Position numbers and translations under genes: made by a program
From: an uncultured Salinivenus sp.
GTDB taxonomy: Bacteria; Bacteroidota; Rhodothermia; Rhodothermales; Salinibacteraceae
Length of the DNA stretch: 55,362 bases
Direction: 5' to 3'
Assembly: GCA_964491575.1 (NCBI GenBank)
Contig: CAZBIB010000002.1
Span: 1-55,362, forward strand
Notes under the pieces: generated by a model
Told to the model about the DNA's origin: nothing
What the model saw: only the letters and a program-made list of their open reading frames with translations
Database searches by the model: none
Shown: positions 19,173 to 28,531 of the stretch, piece by piece
Numbering within the stretch: position 1 is the first letter of the stretch
Layout: the number at the start of each line of letters is the position of its first letter

Positions 19173-20420
19173 TCACTGAGCCCGCTTCACGTTGTTGAGT
19201 ACGAAGCGGCTTTTCGGAATCGTTGGCATTCGCGAGAGGGGGACGCGTAAGTCTTGCTCGGGCACGTCGTACTGCATGGCCTCTGTCAAGAGGCGCACAG
19301 CTCTTTTCATAAGCGCAATCGTGACCCACTCGCCTGCGCAGCGGTGGCCAGCAAAATGGTCGCCGCCGCCCTGGGGGATGAAGTCGAAGGCGCTCTCGTC
19401 CCATGTCTCGAACCGATCAGGCCGGAAGGCCTGTGGCTCCTCCCAGAGGCGTTCGTCGTGGTCGGTGCCGTAGAGGTCCAGCAGCACCCACGTCCCCTCT
19501 GCAAAGTGGTAGCCGCGCCAGTTGAACGCCTCTTTCACGCGCCCTCCGATGAAGGGAAAAAATGGATAGAACCTGCGCACTTCTTGGACGAAGCGTTCGA
19601 GGTCGTCTTCATTGCCGGACTGCAATTGCTTGCGGGAGGTTGGATGCTGGTGCAGCGCCAGCGCGACGAAGGTAACGAAGCGGGCGATGGCCACCGTGGG
19701 CCGCAGCACGTTGAGCAGTTCGACGGCGGCCGTCTCCACGTCGAGGAGGTTTCCCTCTTGGTCACGATGCCCGGCGATGACGTGCGCAGCGCGCTCTTCG
19801 GGAACGTCGAGCTTCCCGGACCGGATTTGCTTTACGATCCTGCGCGCCCATCGCTCGCTTCGCATGCGCAGGAGCAGGCCCCACCAGTTGCGCGGCCCGA
19901 CCGTCCCCGCCCCGTCAATCATGGCTGCAAACTCACGCGTCCGTTGCCGGGCCGCTGCCTGCGTGAGCGGCACTCCGGCCCACGCGCAGACAACCCAGCA
20001 CAGGAGTTCCTGCACCTCGTGGTGCAGCACCACCTCGTCGCGGCTGCTCCACCGCTCAATGGCAGCGTGCCACTCCTCGGCGAAGCGATTGGTAAGCTGC
20101 TGAATCTGTGCCGGGGTCATCAGCGACATGAACATCTCCTTTCGGTGCCGGTGCGCCTCGTCGTCCAGGAGAGAGACGCTGCCTTTGTCCTGCAAGAGCA
20201 GGAGCGTGGTGAGCGGCATGGCTTGCTTTCGAGTAAAGCGACCCGGTTCGTAGAAGATGCGCGAGGCCGCTTCGCCCGTCATGCAGATGGCTCGCTGCAG
20301 CGCCAGCCGGGTTTCGAAAAGGTCGGTCCCATAGCGACGGCAGCGCTCCTGGATGAACGTGTAGCCCTCCGACAGAAGTGCCAGCGTGCTGTCGAAGGTG
20401 TTCTCACGGGGAATGGCCAT
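19173..20420 (-). CDS. Cytochrome P450, CYP152 family fatty-acid peroxygenase
   Basis: AVELLNVLRPTVA (Arg-Pro in place of the acid-alcohol pair), QEVRRFYPF, FIPQGGGD...GHRCAGE heme motif; N-terminus aligns to P450BSbeta. Confidence 0.93.
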   Translation of the reverse strand: MAIPRENTFDSTLALLSEGYTFIQERCRRYGTDLFETRLALQRAICMTGEAASRIFYEPGRFTRKQAMPLTTLLLLQDKGSVSLLDDEAHRHRKEMFMSLMTPAQIQQLTNRFAEEWHAAIERWSSRDEVVLHHEVQELLCWVVCAWAGVPLTQAAARQRTREFAAMIDGAGTVGPRNWWGLLLRMRSERWARRIVKQIRSGKLDVPEERAAHVIAGHRDQEGNLLDVETAAVELLNVLRPTVAIARFVTFVALALHQHPTSRKQLQSGNEDDLERFVQEVRRFYPFFPFIGGRVKEAFNWRGYHFAEGTWVLLDLYGTDHDERLWEEPQAFRPDRFETWDESAFDFIPQGGGDHFAGHRCAGEWVTIALMKRAVRLLTEAMQYDVPEQDLRVPLSRMPTIPKSRFVLNNVKRAQ

Positions 20421-20445
20421 GCGGATGGTGCTTCAACTGGTTTTC

Positions 20446-20676
20446 TCACTGGTCTTTGCGAACCCACCGGTCGCCCTTTTTCTCGTACTCCTGCTTCACG
20501 GCCGACCACGCCACGCGGTGCGCGGCTTCCTCTTGCGACTCATCGCCGCGCCGCTCGTCGGGGTCGGCGTACTGGTCCTCGGCGTTGTTGTAGGCCTCCT
20601 TGTAGATCTCCTGCGCGTGTTTCGGGACGTTTCCTCGAACGGAATCGGGCAACTGGTCGATGCGATCGTAGGGCAT
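20446..20676 (-). CDS. chaB: ChaB family protein
   Basis: MPYDRIDQLPDSVR...HAQEIYKEAYNNA...AHRVAWSAVKQEYEKKGDRWV. Confidence 0.92.
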   Translation of the reverse strand: MPYDRIDQLPDSVRGNVPKHAQEIYKEAYNNAEDQYADPDERRGDESQEEAAHRVAWSAVKQEYEKKGDRWVRKDQ

Positions 20677-20883
20677 GATGAAGGATCGGTTGGGGAGAGA
20701 GGCAATAAAAAGCGGCGTCTCAAGCACTGTGACCACGGACTGCTATGCATCGAGCAGAGGCGCGCTCGCTGCAATTAGCGACTTGCAACGACAGCCCCAG
20801 CGCTCCGGTCGGCACCCCCGCCCATCGCCGACCAACGCTTGTATTCGTTCAGCCACAGCTGCGGATTTCACGGATGCGCCTGC

Positions 20884-21462
20884 TTATTCATTTTCTTGAA
20901 GCTCAATGATGCCGCAGGCGATCTCTGGGCCGGCGTTGCCGGATGGCTGGGAAAGGTAATCATCCTCGTTTCGGTGCACCACGAGGGCGTGGCCGACGAT
21001 GGACTGCGCGCCGGAGAGGGAGACGACGCGGTCGACGCGCTCGTACTCCGCTGAGCCGCTCTGGTCCGCAGCAAGGTTGCCTAGGTCTCCCACGTGGCGC
21101 TCCGGCTCGTCCGGCGAGCCGTGCGGTTCGTCTTCGGGGGTGTAATGACCGCCTCGGACCTGGCAGGAGGTGCCCGCGTGCACGTGGAAACCGTGCTTGC
21201 CCAGGGTCAGCCCCTTCACAGTGCCGCTGATCCGAACAAAGTTGTCCATCTCACGGAAGCGAATCGTGCCGGTGATGTCGCCCCCGTCGATCGACTCGAT
21301 CTGCGCCACGGCCACGCGCTCGTCCTCCATCACGTCCTCTCCGTCGTCATCGGCGATGTCGCGCATTGAAGAGCATGCCGAGAAGGCGAAGAGGCAAAGG
21401 GCTAAACCAGCAACGTACGGCAGGCAGCGCAGCATGGCGTTCTTAAGGGGAAGATGGTTCAT
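20884..21462 (-). CDS. sodC: Cu/Zn superoxide dismutase family lipoprotein
   Basis: Lipobox FSAC; ligand motifs HGFHVH, GGHY, PH, RHVGDLGN, VVH; C-terminal GNAGPEIACG. Confidence 0.88.
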   Translation of the reverse strand: MNHLPLKNAMLRCLPYVAGLALCLFAFSACSSMRDIADDDGEDVMEDERVAVAQIESIDGGDITGTIRFREMDNFVRISGTVKGLTLGKHGFHVHAGTSCQVRGGHYTPEDEPHGSPDEPERHVGDLGNLAADQSGSAEYERVDRVVSLSGAQSIVGHALVVHRNEDDYLSQPSGNAGPEIACGIIELQENE

Positions 21463-21488
21463 GGCGTCGATGCTTCTGTCAGAGAGAA

Positions 21489-22598
21489 TTACGGATATAC
21501 TTGGTACGTTTCGGCATCGGTGCGTTTGAAGGTAAGGCCGTGCCCAGGGCGCGACAGGTCCGGTTCCAGAAGGCCGCCCTCCGGCGAGAGCGTTCCGTCG
21601 AAAAGCATCTGTTCTATACGAACGTGATCGTGGAAGTACTCGATGTGGCGCATGCGGGGAACGGCACACATGGCGTGGGCGCTGGCGTTGGGCGCCGTGT
21701 GCGCCGACAGGTCCATAGCGTGGGCGTGGACCAGCTCTCCTGCGGCCAGGAAGCTCGTGATGCCGCCGCACCGTGTAACGTCGGCCTGGAGCACGTCCAC
21801 AGCCCCGGCCTGAAGCATGTCTCGGAAATAGTAGAGGTCGTAGCCATATTCACCTGCGGCGATGTCCATGCGGGGTGGCCCCTCCTCGCGGAGGAGGCGA
21901 AGCCCTTCGAGGTCGTCCGAGGAGACCGGCTCTTCAAACCACGTCACCCCCTGATCGGCAAACACGTCGCCGAAGTGGAGTGCCGACTTCCGTCCGTAGG
22001 CCCCATTGGCATCGACGAAGAGTTCGGCGTCGTCTCCGATGGCGTCGCGCGCCATGTCCACGCGATCGCGATCGTCGTCGGGATGGCGACCGACCTTCAT
22101 TTTGACCATGGTCATGCCCTCATCGACCCATCCGCCCAGCTGATCCCGCAGCCGGTCGGGAGAGTAGCTGCAGAAGCCTCCGCTGCCGTAGATGGGCACG
22201 GCATCGTGGGCACGGTTGAGCACGTTGACGAGGGGGCGGTCGAGCAGACGAGCCTTCAGGTCCCACAGCGCGATGTCAACGGCCGAGATGGCACAGGCAC
22301 AAATCCCCGGTCGCCCCAGGTTGCGAATTGCCTGAACCATCCGGCGCTGGGCCTGATAGACGGCCATGGCGTCCGTTCCTTTCACCTGTTCGGTCAGCTT
22401 GCTCTCGATTAGCTGCGCCGCCGTCGCGTGCGTGTAGGAGTAGCCCAATCCCGTTGTGTCACCCGCCGTCGCTTCCACCAGTACCATCGTCGTCGAGTCC
22501 CACGCCAGCGTGCCGTCCGACTCGGGCTGGTCGGTGGGCACGGTGTAGGCACTCGCGTTGATGCCGTCGATAATTGGACCGTCTACCGGATCACTCAT
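21489..22598 (-). CDS. Mandelate racemase/muconate lactonizing enzyme (enolase superfamily) protein
   Basis: SAVDIALWDLKAR, KMK, metal ligands in DANG / WFEEP / AGEY, C-terminal PGHGL. Confidence 0.9.
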   Translation of the reverse strand: MSDPVDGPIIDGINASAYTVPTDQPESDGTLAWDSTTMVLVEATAGDTTGLGYSYTHATAAQLIESKLTEQVKGTDAMAVYQAQRRMVQAIRNLGRPGICACAISAVDIALWDLKARLLDRPLVNVLNRAHDAVPIYGSGGFCSYSPDRLRDQLGGWVDEGMTMVKMKVGRHPDDDRDRVDMARDAIGDDAELFVDANGAYGRKSALHFGDVFADQGVTWFEEPVSSDDLEGLRLLREEGPPRMDIAAGEYGYDLYYFRDMLQAGAVDVLQADVTRCGGITSFLAAGELVHAHAMDLSAHTAPNASAHAMCAVPRMRHIEYFHDHVRIEQMLFDGTLSPEGGLLEPDLSRPGHGLTFKRTDAETYQVYP

Positions 22599-22708
22599 GG
22601 CGGGGAGGATGGTGAGACAATGAGCATGCGGCAGTAGGAGGGAGGACTGGATTTGTCTCTATGCCCAATCCTTCACTCTCCCCTGCGCAATCACTCCCAT
22701 TGGCAGAC

Positions 22709-24523
22709 TCATCCCCCAGCCAGCGACTTGACTTTCTCGCTGTACTTGGAGGCCATCCCGCGCACCGACTGGCGAATCATGCCCTTTGTGTGCGGGTCTC
22801 CCTGTGCCAGGCTGAGCGCAAAATGCTTGGCCTTCTCGAAGTCGATGTGTGGCGGCAGCGGCGGCACCTCCGGATCCGTGTAGGCGTTGATGACCGTGGG
22901 GCGATCGGCGTCGAACGCCTTGTCCCAGACGCGTTCAATGTCGCCAGGCTGCTCCATGCGAAGGCCGTTCAGGCCGAGGTCCTCTGCGTACTCGTCGTAG
23001 GGGAGGTCCGGCACCTGTTGGGAGGCGTCGAACTTCGGATCGCCCTCCATCGCGCGCTGCTCCCAGGTGACCTGGTTGAGGTCGCGGTTGTTGAGGACGC
23101 AGACGATGAGCTGTGGGTTAGTCCATTCCTCCCAGTACTTGGAGATCGTAATCAGGCCTGCATCGCCGAGCATCTGCATGGCGCCGTCGCCCACGAAGGC
23201 CACCACCGGGCGCTCCGGATGGCAGAACTTGGCCGCCGTGGCGTAGGGCACGCCGGGGCACATCGTGGCGAGGCCGCCGGAGAGAGACCCGTCCATGCCC
23301 CGCCGCGCCTTGATGTGCCGGGCGTACCAGTTGGCCGCCGAGCCGCTGTCGGCCGTAAGGATGACGTCGTCGGGAAGCTTGTCGGACACCTCCCAGAACA
23401 CGCGCTGCGGATTGATGGGGTCGGCCTCGTCCATCGCTCGGTCCTCGACGATGCGCCACCATTCCTCGACCTTACTTTCGATATTCTCCTGCCAGTCGCG
23501 GTTCGTCTTGCGATCCAGCATGGGAAGGAGCGCTTGGAGGGTGGCCTTGCTGTCCCCGTGCAGGTTGACATCGGTGGGATAGCGAATGCCGAGGTTGCTT
23601 GGGTCGATGTCGATCTGTACGGCCTTCACCTCGTCGGTGCGGTCCACCGGAAGGTGCTCGGAGTAGGGGAAATTCGTCCCAATCATGAAGAGCGTGTCGC
23701 AGCCGAGCATCATGTCAGCACTCGGCTCCGTGCCCAGCAGGCCGATGGAACCGGTCACGTAGGGCAGGTCATCGGGCACCATCATCTTGGCCAGCAGCGC
23801 CTTCGCCACGCCCGCTCCCAGCGTCTCTGCCGTCTCAATCACTTCATCGACGGCGTTCTTAACGCCGGCGCCGACGAGCATCGCCACCTTTTCGCCGTCG
23901 TTCAAAATGCGAGCAGCTTCGCGCAGCTCCTTGTCCTCAGGCACCACCTTGGGCGAGGCGTAGCCCACGCCGCTAAAGACGGAGCCGTGCGTGCGGGGCG
24001 GATCGGAATAGGTCTCTTCCTGAAGATCATTCGAGACGATGAGCGCAGTCACGTTGCGGCGACCCTTCGCGATGCGAACGGACTGGTCCACGAGGTGACG
24101 CGTCTGCGACGGCACGGTGGCAAGTTGTACGTACTCGGTCAGGTCCTTGTACAGGGACACAAGATCCACCTCCTGCTGAAAGTCGGAGCCAAGGCCCTGT
24201 CGAGCCTGTTGACCTACGATGGCCACCACGGGCATGTGGTCTTTCTTCGCATCGTAGAGACCGTTGAGCAAGTGAATGGCACCTGGACCGCTCGTCGCCA
24301 GGCACACGCCCACCTCGCCGGTGAACTTTGCATGCGCCGTGGCCATGAAGGCGGCCTCTTCCTCGTGGCGCGCCTGGACAAAACGAATCGAATGGTCGGA
24401 GTCCTGGGCCCGGTTCAGCGCGCCCATGAAGCCGTTGATGCCGTCGCCTGGATATCCGTAGATGCGCCGAACGCCCCAGTCGTGAAGCCGCTGAAAGATG
24501 AAGTCGCCTACAGTTTGGCTCAT
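22709..24523 (-). CDS. Thiamine diphosphate-requiring enzyme (pyruvate oxidase/PoxB-like family)
   Basis: YGYPGDGING, QARHEEEAAFMA, TSGPGAIHLLNGLYDA, ThDP motif GDGAMQM...LNNRDLN. Confidence 0.92.
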   Translation of the reverse strand: MSQTVGDFIFQRLHDWGVRRIYGYPGDGINGFMGALNRAQDSDHSIRFVQARHEEEAAFMATAHAKFTGEVGVCLATSGPGAIHLLNGLYDAKKDHMPVVAIVGQQARQGLGSDFQQEVDLVSLYKDLTEYVQLATVPSQTRHLVDQSVRIAKGRRNVTALIVSNDLQEETYSDPPRTHGSVFSGVGYASPKVVPEDKELREAARILNDGEKVAMLVGAGVKNAVDEVIETAETLGAGVAKALLAKMMVPDDLPYVTGSIGLLGTEPSADMMLGCDTLFMIGTNFPYSEHLPVDRTDEVKAVQIDIDPSNLGIRYPTDVNLHGDSKATLQALLPMLDRKTNRDWQENIESKVEEWWRIVEDRAMDEADPINPQRVFWEVSDKLPDDVILTADSGSAANWYARHIKARRGMDGSLSGGLATMCPGVPYATAAKFCHPERPVVAFVGDGAMQMLGDAGLITISKYWEEWTNPQLIVCVLNNRDLNQVTWEQRAMEGDPKFDASQQVPDLPYDEYAEDLGLNGLRMEQPGDIERVWDKAFDADRPTVINAYTDPEVPPLPPHIDFEKAKHFALSLAQGDPHTKGMIRQSVRGMASKYSEKVKSLAGG

Positions 24524-24872
24524 GATGAGTCTCGGATTTGGATTCAGTTCACTCGGAGTTGTGGCGCCCCCTTCAAGGACTGCCAGGAGCCTTCTCGAAA
24601 GCAGGGATAGAGAAATGAACGTCCCGGTCCGCGGGAGGGAAGCCCGCGCACAGTTCCTGCTTCATCGATGCGACGGATTCCGTCGTGTGAGGCAGCCGTC
24701 CTTTTCAACCAACGCACTACTGCCCGGTGTGTGGGTAACGATTGCATTCCACTACGTAACGTTCTGTTGACGGGGGCTCACGTCCCCGCTGCTTTTTGTT
24801 ATTCATGCTGTAGTGCGGTCCCGATGGCTGTCAGATCAGGTGCCAGAGTTCTCCGCTTTGCGGTAGCCCGAG

Positions 24873-26693
24873 ATGATGGAGCCGTCCCGCTTTCCGCCCA
24901 TCCACGATTATGCCCTCATTGGGGACTGTGGAAGCGCCGCGCTCGTCTCCACGCGCGGCTCCATCGACTGGCTCTGCTGGCCGCGCTTCGACAGCCCTTC
25001 CCTCTTTGCGGCGCTGCTCGATTCGAAACGGGGCGGCCGTTTTCAGATCTGTCCGGACGGGTCGTACGCGGTGGATCGACGCTACCGCGCCGGTACAACC
25101 GTTCTCGAAACCACCTTTACCACTGAGAGCGGAGTGCTGCGGCTCGTCGATCTGATGCCAGTGGCCGAAAAGGAAGCCTATAGTCGCACCTTCTGGCCCG
25201 ACCACGAAATTCTTCGGCGCGTCGAATGCGTGGAGGGGACGGTAACGTTCAACGTCCATTACGCTCCCCGCCCTGATTATGGGCGCACTCGCCCTCGACT
25301 CACGCAACGGGACAAACTGGGTGTGTTCTGCACCCATGGGGCGCAGGTGCTCGTTCTGCGTAGTGAGGTTTCGTGTACGCTGTCGGACGACCGACAGACG
25401 CTCAGCGCTACGGCGACGCTTCGGGACGGGGAGCATCGAGATTTCAGCTTGGCCTCCGACAGCGCCGAGCCCGCCGTCCTCCCGCTTCTTGGGACGGGGG
25501 CGGAAGAACGGATCGAGGAGTCCGTGGAGTACTGGGAGGGCTGGAGCAACCAATGCGAATACGACGGGCCCTACCAAGAGGCCGTAAAGCGGAGCGCCCT
25601 CACGCTGAAGTTGATGACCTTCGCTGCCTCCGGGGCCGTCGTGGCCGCTCCCACCGCGTCGCTGCCGGAGGTCGTCGGCGGCAAGCGCAACTGGGACTAT
25701 CGCTACTGCTGGCTACGCGACGCCACCTTCGTCCTGCACGCGTTCTTTGAACTGGGGTATTACGCAGAGGAAGAGGCCTTCTTTGACTGGTTGATGACGG
25801 CCAGTCGTACGACGCTCCCTGAGCTGAATGTGCTCTACACCGTCTACGGCCGGGGACCGGGCTCAGAAGAATCTCTCGACCACTTCGAGGGCTATCAGGA
25901 GTCGCGTCCCGTCCGCGTCGGCAATCAGGCACAGCACCAGCGTCAGCTCGACATCTACGGCGAGGTGATCGGTGCGGCATACGAGTACATCCAGCGCGGC
26001 CGAGAACTCGACCGAAAAGAGGTCCAGCTGATTTCCCAACTGGGAGCGGCCATCCAGAACCGATGGAACGACCCCGACAACGGGATCTGGGAGATTCGGG
26101 GAGATCGAAACCACCACACCTACTCGATGGCGCGCTGTGCACTCGCCTGCGAGCAGCTCGTCAACCTGCATGATGACGGCCGCATCGACATTGATGCTGA
26201 TGCCTTCGAGGACCTGAAAGATACGATCCGGGAGACCATCGAAGAGCGCGGCTTCAACGAAGAATTGGGCAGCTACACGCGCACGCTGGACGGCGACAAG
26301 ATGGATGCCAGTCTCCTCCTACTGGCGCTTTCGGGCTACACCGATCCCGGCACCGACCGGATGCGCGGAACGTGGGCGTGCATCGAAGAGCGGCTCGGCA
26401 CCAGCAACGGACTCCTCTACCGATATAAGATCGATGACGGCCTTCCCGGGGAGGAGGGCGCGTTTGGAATTTGCAGCTTTTGGGCGGTGGAATACTTGGC
26501 CAAACGGGGAGACGTGGAGGAGGCGCACCGCCGATTCGAACGCCTGCTTTCCTGCGCAAACGACGTGGGCCTCTTCGCCGAAGAGATCGATGCCGACACC
26601 GGGGCGGCCCTGGGCAACTTTCCGCAGGCGTTCACGCACGTCGGCCTCATCAACGCGGCGCTCGTGCTGGCCGCTGCCACTGAGAAAAAATAG
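24873..26693 (+). CDS. Glycoside hydrolase family 15 (trehalase/glucoamylase-like)
   Basis: IHDYALIGDC, WLCWPRFDSPS, RNWDYRYCWLRDA, GIWEIRG, GLFAEE, GNFPQAFTH. Confidence 0.95.
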   Translation: MMEPSRFPPIHDYALIGDCGSAALVSTRGSIDWLCWPRFDSPSLFAALLDSKRGGRFQICPDGSYAVDRRYRAGTTVLETTFTTESGVLRLVDLMPVAEKEAYSRTFWPDHEILRRVECVEGTVTFNVHYAPRPDYGRTRPRLTQRDKLGVFCTHGAQVLVLRSEVSCTLSDDRQTLSATATLRDGEHRDFSLASDSAEPAVLPLLGTGAEERIEESVEYWEGWSNQCEYDGPYQEAVKRSALTLKLMTFAASGAVVAAPTASLPEVVGGKRNWDYRYCWLRDATFVLHAFFELGYYAEEEAFFDWLMTASRTTLPELNVLYTVYGRGPGSEESLDHFEGYQESRPVRVGNQAQHQRQLDIYGEVIGAAYEYIQRGRELDRKEVQLISQLGAAIQNRWNDPDNGIWEIRGDRNHHTYSMARCALACEQLVNLHDDGRIDIDADAFEDLKDTIRETIEERGFNEELGSYTRTLDGDKMDASLLLLALSGYTDPGTDRMRGTWACIEERLGTSNGLLYRYKIDDGLPGEEGAFGICSFWAVEYLAKRGDVEEAHRRFERLLSCANDVGLFAEEIDADTGAALGNFPQAFTHVGLINAALVLAAATEKK

Positions 26694-26738
26694 CTGCATA
26701 GCACTTCTCAATCTCAGATCATTATACGGAGGGCAGCC

Positions 26739-27353
26739 ATGAATGAACCCACAGTTCTTGCTCTCTTTTTGGACCTGCTTCGCTTTTTCGACGGTCTCCT
26801 CGGATTAGATACGCCCGCCCACGCGCTCACCGTCGGACAGATTACCGCACGAGCCGTGCTCATCTATCTGGCGGGCTTTCTGATGCTGCGCTTTGGCGAG
26901 CATCGCTTTCTGGGCAAAAACACGGCGTTCGACATCATTCTGGGCTTTGTCTTCGGCTCCATGCTCAGCCGCGCCATCAACGGCGCAGGCCCGTTCTTCA
27001 TTACGATCCTCGCTGGCGTAATCTTGCTCACGCTGCACTGGTTCTTCGCCACAATTGCGCTCTACTCCGACCGTCTTAGCGAACTAATCACCGGTAGGCC
27101 CCTTCCTCTGATCAAAGACGGAGAGGTGCAAACCGACTACCTGCGCAAGAGCCGCATCAGTGGACCAATGCTGCGGGAGAACCTGCGCATCAACGGCCAG
27201 CTTACCGATCCTGAGGCCGTGCAGGAAGCCTACTACGAGCCCAGCGGCGACGTAAGTGTCATTCCCAAAGCCCAGCAAGGCGACGTACGCGTGCTGGAGG
27301 TGCAGGTCGAGGAGGGCGTGCAGACGGTGCGACTCGAAGTACAGACAGGTTGA
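26739..27353 (+). CDS. DUF421 (YetF-like) membrane protein
   Basis: RAVLIY...FLGKNTAFDII...GRPLPLIKDGEV...AYYEPSGDVSVI. Confidence 0.88.
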   Translation: MNEPTVLALFLDLLRFFDGLLGLDTPAHALTVGQITARAVLIYLAGFLMLRFGEHRFLGKNTAFDIILGFVFGSMLSRAINGAGPFFITILAGVILLTLHWFFATIALYSDRLSELITGRPLPLIKDGEVQTDYLRKSRISGPMLRENLRINGQLTDPEAVQEAYYEPSGDVSVIPKAQQGDVRVLEVQVEEGVQTVRLEVQTG

Positions 27354-27388
27354 CGGACACCTGCTGCGTTTCTCCCCTGAATCCGATC

Positions 27389-27682
27389 TTACCCGCCGAT
27401 CATTCCGTTCCGCGCGAGATAATCGCTAAAGGTGAGCGCAAACAGGATGAGCAGCCAGAAAAATCCGGCCCCGGCCATCACCATCGTCAGGTGGCTGCTG
27501 TAGCGCACGTGCATGAAATAGAGAATGATGAGCACGGCCTTCGAGAAGGCGATGGTGAGCGCTACAACGATGCCGAAGGAGCCCAGTGGCACGAAGTAGA
27601 CGGCCACCGTCAGGCCCAGAAGCACCATGAGCGCGCCCGCGACTTTGTAGTAGGTGTTTTTTGCAACGGTTGCTTCGGGCAT
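27389..27682 (-). CDS. ctaF: caa3-type cytochrome c oxidase subunit IV
   Basis: Three TM segments, IAFSKAVLIILYFMHVRYS; last gene of the oxidase operon. Confidence 0.9.
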   Translation of the reverse strand: MPEATVAKNTYYKVAGALMVLLGLTVAVYFVPLGSFGIVVALTIAFSKAVLIILYFMHVRYSSHLTMVMAGAGFFWLLILFALTFSDYLARNGMIGG

Positions 27683-27737
27683 GTCGAGGGTCCGGGGTCG
27701 ATTCGGAATTCAGAAAACGGAGGGCGGTCTGCGGTCG

Positions 27738-28370
27738 CTACCCCACCAGGTACAGCAATGGAAACAGGAAGACCCACACGATGTCGACCAGGTGCCAGTA
27801 GAGGCCTGTGATCTCCACGGGCATATGAAACGAGAGGCGTCGGCGCCAGGCCAGATACGTCATCACACTCACCACGCCCAGCCCGATCACCATGTGGGTG
27901 GCATGCAGGCCCGTCATTACGAAGTAGAAAAACATAAACAGCTCCACGTAGGGAGCCGGTCCGCCTTCGGGATTAAACCGGATGCCGGGCACGAGGTGAT
28001 GCTCGTAGTGCACGTAGTACTCGTAGAATTTAATGCCGAGAAAGAGGGCACCGAGCAAAAACGTTGCGATCAGGAACCAGACCACGGCGCTCCACAGCTC
28101 CTCCTCGGCCGCGTGCACGGCGAGGGCCATGGTGAGGCTGCTGATCAGGAGCACACCCGTGTTGATGCTGCCCAGCAGGATGTTGTTGTGATGGCTGCCT
28201 TCGACCCAGGCTTCCGGGTAGAGCGACCGGTAGACCGCGTAGCCCAGGAAGAGACCGCCGAACAGCAGAATCTCCGTGCAGAGAAAAAGCCACATGCCGA
28301 GGGTGTCGGCCTCTTCCTGTTGGGCCAGGTTGTTGAACTGGTGAGCCAGTGCTTCAGTGTGTTCCGACAT
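27738..28370 (-). CDS. ctaE: Cytochrome c oxidase subunit III
   Basis: GMWLFLCTEILLFGGLF, MTGLHATHM, GLYWHLVDIVWVFLFPLLYL. Confidence 0.95.
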   Translation of the reverse strand: MSEHTEALAHQFNNLAQQEEADTLGMWLFLCTEILLFGGLFLGYAVYRSLYPEAWVEGSHHNNILLGSINTGVLLISSLTMALAVHAAEEELWSAVVWFLIATFLLGALFLGIKFYEYYVHYEHHLVPGIRFNPEGGPAPYVELFMFFYFVMTGLHATHMVIGLGVVSVMTYLAWRRRLSFHMPVEITGLYWHLVDIVWVFLFPLLYLVG

Positions 28371-28374
28371 GGCA

Positions 28375-28530
28375 GATTGGAGTTCAGGTAGCAGGAGTCA
28401 GGTTTCAGGGGGCAAGGTCAGGGAAGAGGGGAATGGGAGAAAGGGAGCGTAGGGGCATGGGAGAAGGAGGAAAGGGAGAAGTACAGAAGCTGGAAATCAA
28501 CAATTCACAACCAACGAGCCACCAACAAAC
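28375..28530. repeat. Degenerate 7-8 bp tandem repeat tract, purine-rich
   Basis: TCAGGTA-GCAGGAG-TCAGGTT-TCAGGGG, then GGGAGAAA/GGGAGAAG-type octamers, then ACAA-type heptamers, between ctaD and ctaE. Confidence 0.5.
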
Positions 28531-28531
28531 G

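Noticed and set aside
24734-24765. GTAAC-type ECF promoter motifs in several spacers
   Set aside because: Too short, and spacing to a -10 element is inconsistent.
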